From assembly GCA_027604505.1 (NCBI GenBank), contig JADIIX010000001.1:434001-498000 (forward strand): 64,000 bases of DNA, in the 5' to 3' direction. The translations under genes were made by a program, and so were the position numbers. This stretch comes from Gonapodya sp. JEL0774. Its lineage: Eukaryota. The notes beneath the pieces were generated by a model. That model saw only the letters and a list, made by a program, of their open reading frames with translations, was not told the origin of the DNA and ran no database searches. Positions 1 to 16,332 of this stretch are shown piece after piece (positions within the stretch are counted from its first letter, which is position 1; each line of letters begins with the position of its first letter).

Positions 1-97
1 GTCGGGAAACAGAAGAGGAAGATGGCGATGGAGAAGGGTTACTGGAGGTCGATGGAGAGTTGGTGGAGTTAGGGGTGAGTTTGGTGGGGCATCTCAT
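1..97 (-). CDS. possible 5' end of a gene running off the window (Ser/Pro-rich N-terminus)
   Basis: ATG at 97 on the minus strand gives MRCPTKLTPNSTNSPSTSSNPSPSPSSSSVSR, open to the window edge and divergent from the RhoGAP gene. No domain recognised. Confidence 0.25.
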   Translation of the reverse strand, partial: MRCPTKLTPNSTNSPSTSSNPSPSPSSSSVSR

Positions 98-391
98 TGA
101 CTCATTGCTGCACGGAATATTCATCCCAATCTTTACTTGTGCCGGTTGCGTATCGGTCTCAACATGTCACTGGTGTTCTTTTGAACCGATTATCCCTCAC
201 AAACTTTTATCCACTCTGCCGCTCCATCTCCACCGTAGTACAACCTTCCCCCGCGGTGGCGAGCCACCCGCGATTCCGAATCTCAAATTTACTATTTCCA
301 CGAGGAAACAGGCGAAACTCGTTGGGAACGTCCCGAACATAACGGTGACGAGCATGAAATTGAAACAGTACAGGATCTTGTACATCCTCAT

Positions 392-2783
392 ATGACACGC
401 TCACCGCAAATCCAGGGGAAGAGGATCGAGGATAAGGAACTTCCCGAGCCTCCCGACGGGAATCCTATACCTCCACCTTTGTTGGTGCCTTCCCCGGCAG
501 CGAAAGCCATGGCGTCAGGAGGGTTACAGGCTGTATCAAGGAGCCCGGCGAATGCCTCGGTGTCGGTGAGTTTAAATTAAAGCCAAGGGTGTGGCGGCAA
601 ATCCTTGCGCTGAGGCAGTCAATGTTGAACTGCGTCTCGCGCTCGATCACTGCCCGTTATTTTGATAGGTTCGATCCACTGATTCTCGCATGACTGATGA
701 GGATCCAGATAGCAAGAGTGAGAACGCTCCCCTCTTTACCCAAGATGAAGATGACGATGCGGTGGTAGCCGCGGACATCACGAGGGAAGATTTGGGTTTT
801 GTGAGTTCATCATCTTCTTGTGACAGAAGGCATTTGTTTGGAATATTGCCCTTGTTCGTCCCAGGCACTTGACCCCATCCCACCGGATTATGTATTGTAC
901 GAAGGGACTGCGCAGCTAAGACTGGATAAGGGCGAGGACAGGTTTATCAAGAAAGATTGGAAGACGTTCCATTTGGTCTTGTGCGATGGTTGTGTGGTGG
1001 CCTACAAGGAGACCACAAAAGTGTGTACGCAATGAGCACTTGGTCAATTCAGAGCATTCTCACACTTTTTTGACATTTTCCCATGCAGAAAGAACCTCGA
1101 GGGCTTCCACTTGGCCACGTTGATATAGCCGGTGCTCGACTTGAATTGGCTAGCAAAGACCAAACCCGTAAAAAGCACGCCATTGCGATGCACTGTCGCA
1201 CAGGAAATAGGTACCTTGTGCTCACACGGGATGACCAGGAGTGTACGACTTGGCTGGCCGCTGCGGGGGTTGCGGCGAGTACTCGGGAGTCGACGTTTGG
1301 TGGGTTGAGGCGGGTCCCAGCTGGTGCGGCGTGCTCGTGCTCACAACAGCTTGCTTGAAAAAGCGGTTCTGAACGCTGTCTTGAAGTATGAATCGACGAT
1401 CGCGGACAAGAAGCGAATGATTCCCCGGTTTTTGGAAAGGAGTGAGCTTACGTGGTTCATTGCGGATTATGAGAGCAAAACTGACGCTACACTGGCTGAC
1501 TAGAACCCGAAAAGATTGCGGAGGGAAGTGCAGTGTCAGATAAGGACCGCCGAACGAGTGGTAAAGGTGTGGCATTAGTGTGGTGTTTCCCCATGTTAAG
1601 CTAACCGTAGCGTTCCATGACTAGCTGATCCTATGAAGCCGTCAACAACTGGGTCCCACGGGTCCTTGCTGGACGAGGATGGGGACAAACAGAAGAAGAA
1701 GGGTTTTGGTGGGCTTTTTGCGAAGAGAGTGAGTGGCCTTGTGTTTTAGACCGGAAAATAAACGTAACCATGGTGCCTATCGGTGCAGCAACCAAATGTG
1801 AAGGAGCCACCTGATACCAAAGGTAGGCTCAATCAATATGTCACAACTCGATGATCACGTAGTTCACTCCCCTCCACCTTGTCATAGTGAACGTTTTTGG
1901 TGGACTCCTCGAAGCTCAGCTGGCTAAAACACCAGGTCGGCGAATACCGCGTATTGTAGAGCTTTGCACACAAGAAGTGGAAGATAGGGGTTTGGACAGC
2001 CAAGGTATCTACCGACTGTCAGGAAATTCGGCGATAGTACAAAAAATACGGTTGCAATTCAACTCAAGTAAGTTGAGATTTGAGCGGTGTTCTATGACAC
2101 GTGCGTGTGTGTATTTTTGTTTTTTTGTAACCATGATTTCTTTGATCAGATCCCGACCCTGATACTGTCGTTCTCTCGGAGGATGACACCGCCGATATCA
2201 ATAACCTCACATCACTGCTCAAGCTCTATTTCCGGGAACTCCAAAACCCATTGATTCCATTCGAAATGTACGAGCACTTTGTAGAGGCGTCCCGTGAGTG
2301 TTTCTTGTTATGTGGCGTGCATCACCGGCATTGCTGGGACGATTTTTTCATGTATCGCAGGTATTCTGGACTACGACGAACGACTGTACGAAGCCAAACG
2401 ACTGGTTGACGCGATGCCGGTGCATAACCGTGAGGTCCTAGAGTATCTTATTCGGCACCTACAAAAGGTCACCGCCAAGTCTGACATCAACAAAATGGAA
2501 CCCAACAATATTGCAATCGTTTTTGGGTAAGTTTTCTGGGGTTCAACCGCTTCCTCCCCCTGGGGCGCTAAAGTGTTCTGCGCCACTACAATGCTGCTCG
2601 CTTTGATTGTCACCTATGGTCCCTCGACCCTATGCAAATGAAAGACCCACTCTTCTTCGACCACCCGACGACTCAACTGGCAACTCGATAGTAAATATGA
2701 TGAATATGGGTGGAATCAATAGCCTCGTATCGGCGATTGTGGAACAGGCAGACTGGATCTTTGCACCTGATGTAAATCACTAA
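392..2783 (+). CDS. PH domain + RhoGAP domain protein (multi-exon)
   Basis: PH-like exons (YEGTAQLRLDKGEDRFIKKDWKTFHLVL...LGHVDI...ECTTWL). RhoGAP motifs VFGGLLE...IPRIVELC..EVEDRGLDSQGIYRLSGN, LLKLYFRELQNPLIP and NKMEPNNIAIVFG. Ends ...WIFAPDVNH* at 2783. Start codon is tentative. Confidence 0.85.
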
Positions 2784-2984
2784 TTGGATTTGTTATCGTA
2801 GGATTTCTACTTCTTGGTTCAGATTTAGAAATATAAATACCAGGAAGGTGGAAGTGCGGGATGAGCTGTCTATCGTCTTGGCACCAGGCAAACTCTCGCA
2901 GTGCCATCACGGAACCGCAAAGGACATCCATTTGGAACTTTCTTGGTGCTGGACAGGAGATTTTTGCTGATTTTTGGAAGGACG

Positions 2985-5337
2985 ATGTCTTTTCTTGCCA
3001 AGGCTGTCTCGAAGGTTTTGTCGCCTTCGTCTACGTCGCCGCCATCAGAGAAGTCGTCGCCCTTGCGGCCTCCTCCGGCTTCCTTTCGTGCGTCTGCGGC
3101 CGCTCCAGCTACAACCACAGTGACGGCAGCCTCCACCCGAGATGACAATCAGATCCACCAACCATTGGGGAATGATAGCAAGGCAACATCACCAGCCCAT
3201 CCAGGCATTTCGTCTCCAGTTTCACCCTTGGAGTCACACGATGCAGTCGCCCACGATCACGACCACGGCAGGCACACCTCCCAGATTGTGTTTGGACGGA
3301 TACCATACGCCCCGGAACCTGACGGGACACCGCCCGGCGATCACTCCGGCGCAGCCGCACTCGCTGCAGCTGCGACATCTAAAGATAAATCAGTATTTGC
3401 ATTTTTTGCAGCCTCCAGTGGTGCTGGTCGCAACACCAGGGAAACTCCACGCCAACCGGACACCACCACGACACAGTCGGTCGTGCCTCAATCCACAACC
3501 GCCCCATCACGACCCTCCATGTCCGGCTCTGCCCGTGGAGGTGCCGTTCGGGCCGCTGCTAGCTCCGGCAACTCTCCAAACACCTCCACCAGTTCTAGCT
3601 TAGGCCTGTCGGAAGCTGAATATCAAGCCCGACTCAACTATATCTCCTGGCCCACAACGCAAATTCTCCGCCACAAATATACCATTGTCTCCAACTCCCA
3701 AATTGGCAAGGGAGCCGAAGGTACCGTGAAGCTCGTGCACCCTATCGACAACCCTACACAGTTGTTTTGCGTCAAAACCTTCCACCGCAAGACATCAGAC
3801 CTGCTTGCTTATGTTCAACGTTGTGTGAGGGAGCACGAACTGACAAGGCAGCTGGAGGGACACGAAAATGTGATCAAGACTGTGGATTTGGTCATGGACG
3901 ACGCAACTTGGCAGGTCGTTGAGGTGCTTGAATACTGCAGAGATGGTACTCTGGATAAGATCATGAGGAGAGGAAAGATTAGGGAGCAAGGGGAAGTGAG
4001 TTTTAGTCAGCATCACAGTCAGAGTCACCATGCAAAGAATGGAGTTTCAGGAGGCTCAGAACAATTTGGCATTCATCATCACCATCTCTTGCTTTGTCCA
4101 TCCCTTTCCAACATGTACTTTCTTCTTTCAAATCTACCTTAGATTGATTGCATATTTGTCCAAATTCTATTCTGCCTAGCATTTATGCACTCTCAGGGGA
4201 TTGCTCACAATGACTGGAAAGGTATGAATGTTTGAAGGACACTAAACAACGTTCGCACCATTGATTTGTTCGCTGCCACTGCACGTCCGCTCTCCCCCTA
4301 GTTGAGAACATCACCTGGGAACCGGACCACAAGCTCATCAAGGTCATTGATTTTGGATTGTCTTTCCGATTTGCCGAAAGCACCACAGCACCTGCCCCAG
4401 ACTCCACCGCCCCCACATTAAAGGCGGAAAGCACGCCGGCCAGAATGAGAACCAGTTTGGTCGGTAGCAAAATGTACATGGCCCCAGAACAGTGGAGTGG
4501 GAATCCGTGGGATCCTCGGTACGTTGAGAGTGTGCATGGGACCAACACTACAAGGACTGATCCACCCACGAATTGTTATCCCTGTTTAGTGCTGTTGACA
4601 TTTGGATGGTCGCTATCGTGTACATTTATCTTTCTACACGAGGAAAGTTCCCGTGGCCCGCCGCAGCACAGTCTGAGCCTTCGTACGCAAAGTGGTCCAA
4701 GAAGGGCGAGTTTGACAAAGAAGTGAGTAATTTGAGTTTTCGAGGAAGTTCGACCATACACCAGGGTCAGTGTCTCACTTACGGTCCTCTTTGACCTGCA
4801 CTCATTCAGATCGCATCCCGTATTCCGGCCTCCTCACTCCCCCTTCTTCGTCGAATGCTCTCTACAGACCCTGCGCGTCGCCCGTCTGCTACAACTCTCC
4901 TCGATGACCCTTGGCTGAAACTTGTCCCAGTGTGCGCACGGCGTGCAGCCCGCGAGGCCGGATACAAGGTGGAGACAGATGGTTATATGGGTATGTTCCA
5001 GGGAGGGACACCTCCTTCCTTTGGAATGGCTGCAGGAGGGATGGTGGGAGCGAGACGGGAGAAAGGCGTCGAAACAAATGGAAGAGGCAAGCTCATGTTT
5101 TTCGACGAATCGAATGGTTCCCCAGAAGACGAGGAAGACGGAGTCGAGGCACGTGCATCTCCGAGTGTTCCCATCAGGACGGAGTCACCATCAGAGTTTC
5201 CGTCAACCTCTGGCGCCGGGAACTCATTTGACGGGAGCGATATTGGGTCCGCGGGGTTGTTGAATCCTAACACTGGGGAAAGACCACGACGGGTACCGAC
5301 AGTGATTATGTTCAAGCATGAGCACAGGTACTCCTGA
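2985..5337 (+). CDS. Ser/Thr protein kinase, HAL/NPR-like, long disordered N-terminus
   Basis: IGKGAEGTVKL, FCVKTF, catalytic loop spliced as GIAHNDWKVENI, IDFGLS, GSKMYMAPE, AVDIW, MLSTDPARRPS..LLDDPWL. Confidence 0.85.
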
Positions 5338-5574
5338 AAGATCAGCAATTCCTTAAGTCCGACAGACTATGGTACGAACAGTGACGAATTCAGTGAACCA
5401 CAAGTAACCACTAAGCTAGTTGTAAAATCACGTAATAGTAATGTAACTTTTGATCTTCTACATTTCGTCTTACTGCATATATTGACGTAGAGCACGAATT
5501 GTGACTGGTGAGTTGTGTATGGATCGAGCATTGCGGAATGAAAGTACTGGCACCACACACTCCAAAACCCATCA

Positions 5575-8500
5575 ATGGAAGGGGAAAGGAAGGAAGCAGC
5601 GACCACAGATTCTGAGAAAACTGTGACAACAGTTGCGGATGCATTCCAGGATGCACTTCCCCAGATCCCGCAGGCGAGTGGGGATCCTCCCGCTGGCGTA
5701 GAACCACCACAACGTCAACCAGACACCAATTTGAAGCCGCCTGATGGCGTCGTCGGTTCTTCAAATCCTGTAGCTCCTTCCGATGGTAAAATACCGGATG
5801 GTGTGATGCCACTGTTTCTCACGGGTGCAACGCAGAATCTTTACAAAGTAGTCAACGGTGAGGATGTCACTGAGGAGAATAGGTTCAAGATGATCCCCAA
5901 AGCGGACTTTTTGGCGGATTTCCAAACAAGAAGGGCAATTGGCGATTTTTATCCCGCGAAAGAGTTCGTCACGGTGAGCAACGAGGTGTAGTGAATGTTC
6001 TTGCACGGATCACAACGCAGCTCTGCTTCAGTCGTATCCCGAAGAACAACTTCTGCTAGTATATGACGCAGAATGGAAGTACGGACAGAATTTTTTTCTT
6101 TGCGTGACGGTGGAGGCAAAGGTGAGGATGTTTACACGTAGAACCCAGCATCATTGGAATTGAGCGTTTCTACCAACAACACGAAAGAACGCCATTTTGA
6201 ATCCCATTATGACTGCAGCTAACGTACCTGAAGCCGTCGTATCACAGAAGCGCTCTGGGTGGAATCCGCTCGGAAGTGACAAAGAAATTGAAGCTGAGAC
6301 TGTTGTCGAGAATCGGGAGCTCATGACCATCAAGCTTTCCCGCAAAAGGAGGTTCTTTGGGTCCCCGTATCGGTTTGGAGATCGCGCCGCATCGGATGCT
6401 TTCCACGAAATTAAGTCGACTAAGGAAGGATACGTTCTCCGCTCTCAACTGAGTAGGGCGATTCAATCTGTCTCCACGACATGCGACGCAGCCGCACAAA
6501 CACTCTGGTTCAAACCCGTTAACTTCTCGGTCCAGTATGAATCCTTAAAACTCGAAGATACCAAAAGAGATGGGTTGATTCGCCACCCAGAGTTTACCTC
6601 TGCCATTCAAAGTGCCGCAATGAAGTTTGAGCGACCTCTCCGCCTCAATGCAATCATGGACATTTTTAAAGATGACTACGCCACTTTAGGCGAGGAGGAC
6701 GTTGCACTGGACCAAGGATCATATACTTTACAGGAATATCAGTCCTTCACCGACTTGAAGCACTCCAAGGACAGGTCGATCACCTGTGTCGACTGGTATC
6801 CGGCCCAAAAAGGAATTGTTGCAATGTCTTGCACCCAGAGAAGCACTCTTTATGAGCGAATTGAGGCTGGGTTTGCGAATCGCAGTCGGAAGGCGCTCAT
6901 ACTGATCTGGAGCTTTTATGATCCCATTCACCCGCAATTGATGCTAGAGGCGCCGGACGATGTTCTCTGCTTTCAATTTCATCCGCAAGATCCAATTATC
7001 GTGGTTGGAGGCTGCATAAATGGACAGGTAGTACTGTGGGACTTGGCAGAACATCAGGAGCGCTTGAAGCAGGGACGAAAGGATCGGACAGCGGAGCTTA
7101 CGGAAACAGGGAAGGACAGTAACGTGGAAATACCTATTTTGCGGTACACGGTCGTATCATCAATTGAGCACTCACATCGCGGTCCGATCACCGACATCTC
7201 CTGGCTAAACAAATCGTTTGAGGTGAACAACTGTTAACAGACTTCTCTCAAATCACACTTGCTGGGGTTGGAGTGATTAACTTGATACTTGTCCGTAGCT
7301 CAACAAAATCGGGGAACTCGTCGAGCCTGCGGATCTTTCCCAAAAGCAGTTCTACACTACATCCATTGACGGCCAAATATGCTTTTGGGATTTACGGTAC
7401 AAAACAGAAATTAAGCTTTTGGACTTGATTTGGCGGCCTTTGTTCAAGGTCTGTCTTCTGCCCAAAATTGATCTGCTTGTATAGTTGACTAATGACGCAG
7501 CCCTGTCCGAAGACCTCAATCCCGATACCCGAGAGTACATTGGAATACGGAATATTGAAACTCAGTTTACGTCCTCCAATGGATAAATCTGCTCGTCAAT
7601 CATCGGACGGGTCAATGAGTGCTGCTGCTCGCGCTGCAGAATCCACTTCGACGAAAGATTCGAGCAAGGAGAAGGACAATAAGAGTCCCATGACAAAGTT
7701 CTTTTGTGCAACCGAGGTGAACAAATTTCGGTAGCCATTCAACTTGAGTTTCCAGTCTCAACTCACTTCAGCAAAATACTTGCCTTGTAAGGAAGGGGAA
7801 GTTGTCTTCGCCGATTGGGTCTCCGAGAAGGAAGACAAGGATGGTGCCTTTTGTCGCATTGACTTTGCAGCCGGTGTACACTTCGCACCCATGAGCGATC
7901 TAAGCCGATCACAATTCTTTCCAGAGATCGTTCTCAGTGTTGGAGGCTGGAGTTTCCATATTTGGAAGGAGAAATTGTCGGTGAGAAGGTTGAAGCGGTC
8001 AATTACAGAATGTTTTTGCAGTTTTGAAGTGTTCATTCGATTCCACTATAATCAGACTGGGCCGCTGCTGTCTTCACCATCTTCGTCGTGCTTCCTAACT
8101 GCAGGAGTCTGGAGTCCATCGAGACCAGGGGTCTTTTTCATAGGCAGGGCAGATGGAAGCATAGAAATGTGGGATCTTTTGGATAAATCGCATGCACCGG
8201 CCGCAGTGCAGAACGTGTGCTCAAGTGCGATACTGAGTCTCACGGTTCAGCAAATGTCTTCACGTGAGAGAAGTTATACAAACTCCTGCCCGTCCGCATG
8301 GACTATTTTGAAGTTTTGACAAAAAATTCTCTCGCCAGCCTCCTCGAGTGGTAGGCGGGGTGCACAGCAGCTCTTGGGGGTGGGTGACGATGATGGCACA
8401 CTTCACGTCCTTGAAGTCCCACGTACCCTGAGTCGACCCTCAAAGAACGAAAGATCTGCACTGAGATCATATTTTGACAGAGAAGTTCGGAGGCTACAGC

Positions 8501-8789
8501 ATGTTGCCGAACGGCGAGCGCTTAGAGCCCGTGACAAGGCAGTATGGGAGGCAGCCAACAAGTCACCAGCGAAGAAGGACGAAGCATCGATATCAGGAAA
8601 CCCAGGAGCCTCAAAAGTTACTGATGTTGATGGAGAAGCACTTGAGAAGCGATATCTTGATTGGGTGAGCCTCAGTTTGTGCAGCCATTGAATCAACTAC
8701 TCTCCATGATGATTTCTCACGTGATAATTTTGGGGTTTCAGGAAAAGGCGACGGAAAACGGGATGAAGGAGAAACAAAATGCACAGTGA
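5575..8789 (+). CDS. DNAI3: axonemal inner-arm dynein intermediate chain (WDR63/DNAI3/IC140-like WD40 protein)
   Basis: LQEYQSFTDL, LILIWSFYDPIHPQLMLEAPDDVLCFQF, GGCINGQVVLWD, VSSIEHSH, WSPSRPGVFFIGRADGSIEMWDLLDKSHAP and GTLHVLEVP..YFDREV match the WDR63 family as recalled. Confidence 0.85.
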
Positions 8790-8874
8790 TATCCAGTATC
8801 TTGCAAGACATACATAGTTGTGATGTGTATATAATCTAATTGTGCCATGCAATGCACTTCTCCGTAGGAATTTT

Positions 8875-11800
8875 TCAAACCATAGAGTCCTCATTCTTCC
8901 CAGACAAAGTCCGACGAACACCAGAGTTTCGTGATCTCCGCTTTTCTGCATACTTCCTCATCTCATCAATCCAGAGAACAGTGCTGGCAACCAGCGCAAT
9001 GTGTAATAAGTCGCTTAGAGGAAGAGCTTCCGTTTGAAACACAGACTGCAGAAGAGGAAGATAAATGACGAGCAATTGTCCCGCGAGCGAAAATGCAAAG
9101 GCTCCATTGTACATGGAGTTTGAGAAAAGACCAATTTCAAATATCGACCTGCTCTCCGACCGACATGCGAGAGAGTTGAACAAGTCAAAAAACACGAACG
9201 AAGTGAACGTCTGAGAAATCAAAGCGATTACACCGACCAATCCTTTGTTTGAAAGGTAGTGAAGGTCTCTCACCACAGTGGTTCCTCGCGCAGAAACAGT
9301 CCCTTGACGTAATTCTCCCTGAAAAACCCATAAAGTGCCAATTACCATTGTAAATGCAGATGTCAGTATGCGGGTAATGAGTCGTCGCGTTACTATGGGT
9401 TCGTTGATTTTCCGTGGTGGAGCATGCATGACATCGGGATCAACAGCCTCTACACCAAGTGATTGCGCGACAGGACCATCGCAGATGATGTCTGCAAGGA
9501 GTCCCATCAATTCAAGTCTTATCTGCTGTCACCCTCTGAAGTAACTCACTAATCCAGAGAATCTGCATAGCGTTCAAAGGATTGCTCAAACCCAGGAACG
9601 TGGCGGCAGCAATGAGGGTCAGTGCGGAAATTGCTGTCGAGAGTTGGAAACGAAGGAAGTTCTGGATATTGTAGAATATGGATTTTCCCTCCTCTATTGC
9701 ACTCAAAACAGTTGCTTTGAGGAAGAAGCTAGGTCATCGGTCAGACAACAACAGCAGCTCAACTCACAAGAACTCACCAAAATCATCTTCGACGAGGATC
9801 ATATCCGCTGCCTCCTTCGCAACGTCAGTTCCACCGCGTCCCATCGATACTCCAATCTGAAAGTATGGATTTCGAATTTCAGTATTCTTAAACATTGCGC
9901 TCTGTAATGCTGGCACCACTCACATCTGCTAGTCGAAGCGCAGGAGCATCTATATGTGCACAAGTTAAGCGGACGGTGAGAAAGACTCAAATACACCACA
10001 ATGATCTCAAAGTGTTTACTCGCCGTTCACGCCATCTCCAGTCATCGCTACAATATCTCCTCTTGACTGAAAAGCTCTAACTATTTGCATCTTGTGTTTA
10101 GGTGTTGCTCGATAGAAAATAGACACCTCGTGGATCATGCTCGAAAGAGTGTTGTCAGACATTGTGTCCAAGCTTGCGCCGGACAAGTGATACCCAGAAG
10201 TCGCCTGAGAAGCGATTCCAAGCCGAGAGGCGATCGAGAGTGCGGTGCCCTCTACAAATGAAATAAGGAATATTTCATGGCCTCTTCGTATCCATCTGAG
10301 AATCCCACTCACCAGAATCCCCGGTAATCATCACTATTTTGACCCCACCATCAATCAAAGTGTTTATGACGTTTCCGATTCCCGGGCGAGGTGGGTCAAT
10401 CAGTCCACAAAATCCGACAAACGACCAATCGCTTTCCGAATGTGACCCAATGGCGATTGAAATCAATCTGAGGCCTGACTTTGTTGCCTGAGATGCCCTC
10501 GCTTCAATATTATCCCTTGCCGCAGAGTCTAAAGGACGCGTCATTCCGTCCGAAATATACACGCTGTTACATTTCTCCAGAACCCTCTCCAAGGCTCCTT
10601 TTGCGAAAGTTACCATGGAACCTTGGATTTGGTGCGTTACAGACATCCACTTGGATTCGAACGTGAAAGGTTGCTCTGACACTCTGCTCATTGTCTTCCG
10701 TTCGTCCCGTAACCCGAACCGTTCATGCAGCTCCAGCAAGGCAACCTCAGTCGGTTGACCTATGGAATGACCAAGCTCTGAGTTTAATTCAGCATTGTTG
10801 CATAAATTCCCTGTTCGAGGAGACATGGAGACACGGGTTCAATTATTCGGAGACAAAGACACCAAATTCCTTGCGAACCTGCCCGAAGAAGTGCGGTTAA
10901 GGCTGGATTAAGTAGTATCTTGCCTCTATCTTCCAAATCGTGTACAGTATCTTGCGCAGCGACGTAGACGTGAACAACGGTCATTTTGTTCATGGTCAAG
11001 GTACCTATTGGGTAAGACATACGAACAATTGAAATTTCAGGTTAACGGGAGATGTGGTATCTTGAAACATTAGCGTACCAGTTTTGTCGACGCAGAGTAC
11101 ATTGACAGAACCCAATGATTCTACGCTGGGAAGTTTCTTCACGATAACTTGGCGTTTGGCCATACGCAGAACTCCAAGAGCCAGTGTGACGGTTACTACT
11201 ATAGGTAAACCCTCTGGGATAGCTGCCACTGCCAAAGACACGCCGATTGTAAACATTTCCAACCATTTTCGTCCTTGAATGACACCGACGATAACGATTA
11301 GGAAAATGATCCCAAACGAGAGGGCTGAGAGCTGTTTTCCAAGGTCATCCATTTTGGTCTGAAGGGGAGTTTTTCGTACTTCAACTTCCTTCATTAGACT
11401 GAAGACGTGCCCGAACTCTGTGTTCGGTCCGGTTCCAATAACGACCCCACTTCCGCGACCTAAACCCAACGTAGACTGGGTGTTTATCGTTTAGTTAGTC
11501 TTAATTTTGAATCACCTGGTAACTCACCACTCCGCACGAGCGTTCCCATGAAGGCAATGTTTTTCCTATCTGCCAGTGGCAGTTCCGAGGCACTTCTCAT
11601 GCCGTCGATGACATGTGCAGTCTTCTTGCATGGCTCATTTTCACCAGTTAAGGAGGATTCATCAACTTCAAGGTCCACCGCCTCAGATAAATCGTAGCTT
11701 ATGAGTTGAGGAGTCGGTCCTCTGAGCAGCATATCCTGGGACTCACCGTACAGAGTCTAACGTCAGCAGGTATTCTATCACCAGTAGCAAATTGCACTAT

Positions 11801-12687
11801 ATCGCCTACAACGAGAATATTCGCAAGTTGTGTTGTCCACATTCCATTCCTTGATATAAGACCCTCTCAGTGCATGCGAACATTTTCTTAAAAATTGACA
11901 AAGGACTCACCGCAGAATATGACAATAGTGGGGAACTAGCTTGTTCAGTTCTTCCAACGATTTTTCGGACCTGTATTCTTGGACAAACGCAACTGAAGAT
12001 AGAACCATGAGTTCCAGGACGCTCGACAGAGTTGAGAAATAAAAATTTCTAACCTGTCACAACAATAAGAATGGCCTGATCGATAGGTATTGCACGTAAC
12101 GCGAGTTAGTATGAACCACTGTCTCAGTACCTCAAGGCATCACTCACGAGGGTAATGCTTATGGCGTCGTCGTACTGTCCCATAATCATTGATATCGACG
12201 CTGACGCAAACAAGAGCAAAATCATGGGGTTCTTGAATTGTTCAATAAATTTTCCCACAATGGACTCCTTTTCACCCTGCTCCAGTTCGTTCGGCCCATT
12301 GAGCTTGAGCCTGTAGCTGGCATCTTCATCAAGTAGCCCTCGCTCCAGAGAAGTGTTTTGTTCAACAATCACTTGCTCAGCTGTCAACAGCACCGCTCTT
12401 GCAGATGGTGTTAAAGAGCCGTGGTACACTGACCCGTTGGCGAACATTGGCAGAGATGATGGTTTTACTCCGTCAAGAAGGGGTGTTTCTGGACAAGAGT
12501 CAAAGGGCCGGCTTGTGGGTAGGAACGGCTCGTTTGAATTAATGTCTCTGTACAGTGATGGTTTAGTTCGTGATCGGGATGGGGGACTCGATCCACTTGG
12601 CGAAAACGATGTTGACCGTGATGATTCCCGAGACAGGGGTGGATTCGAGGGCGATGGGGACCGTCGGTCTTGGTTCATCATTAGCAT
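8875..12687 (-). CDS. PMR1: secretory-pathway Ca2+/Mn2+ P-type ATPase (SPCA)
   Basis: [19 protein letters not shown], phosphorylation motif [62 protein letters not shown]. Confidence 0.95.
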
Positions 12688-12772
12688 GAATCCATCGTTT
12701 GCCACATCTCTCTCCTTTGAACTGACCACACCTCATTTTGGCGTCCCAAGTAAGGACACCTCCCTTCAAACT

Positions 12773-16153
<3,381 letters not shown>

Positions 16154-16332
16154 GCCAGGGTGCGTCTAAGAGGTAAAGCGGAAGCAGCAGCCAAGCGAAA
16201 GGTAGATGCAATTGAGTATATGGAGTTGCTGCGCAAGTTCAAAAGAATTGGATGGTTGGTACATAGGCATGGTTCCCAGCCCCCACCGCCAGTCACCAGA
16301 ACCCGCGGACACCCCAGAGCTTCCCCACCCGA

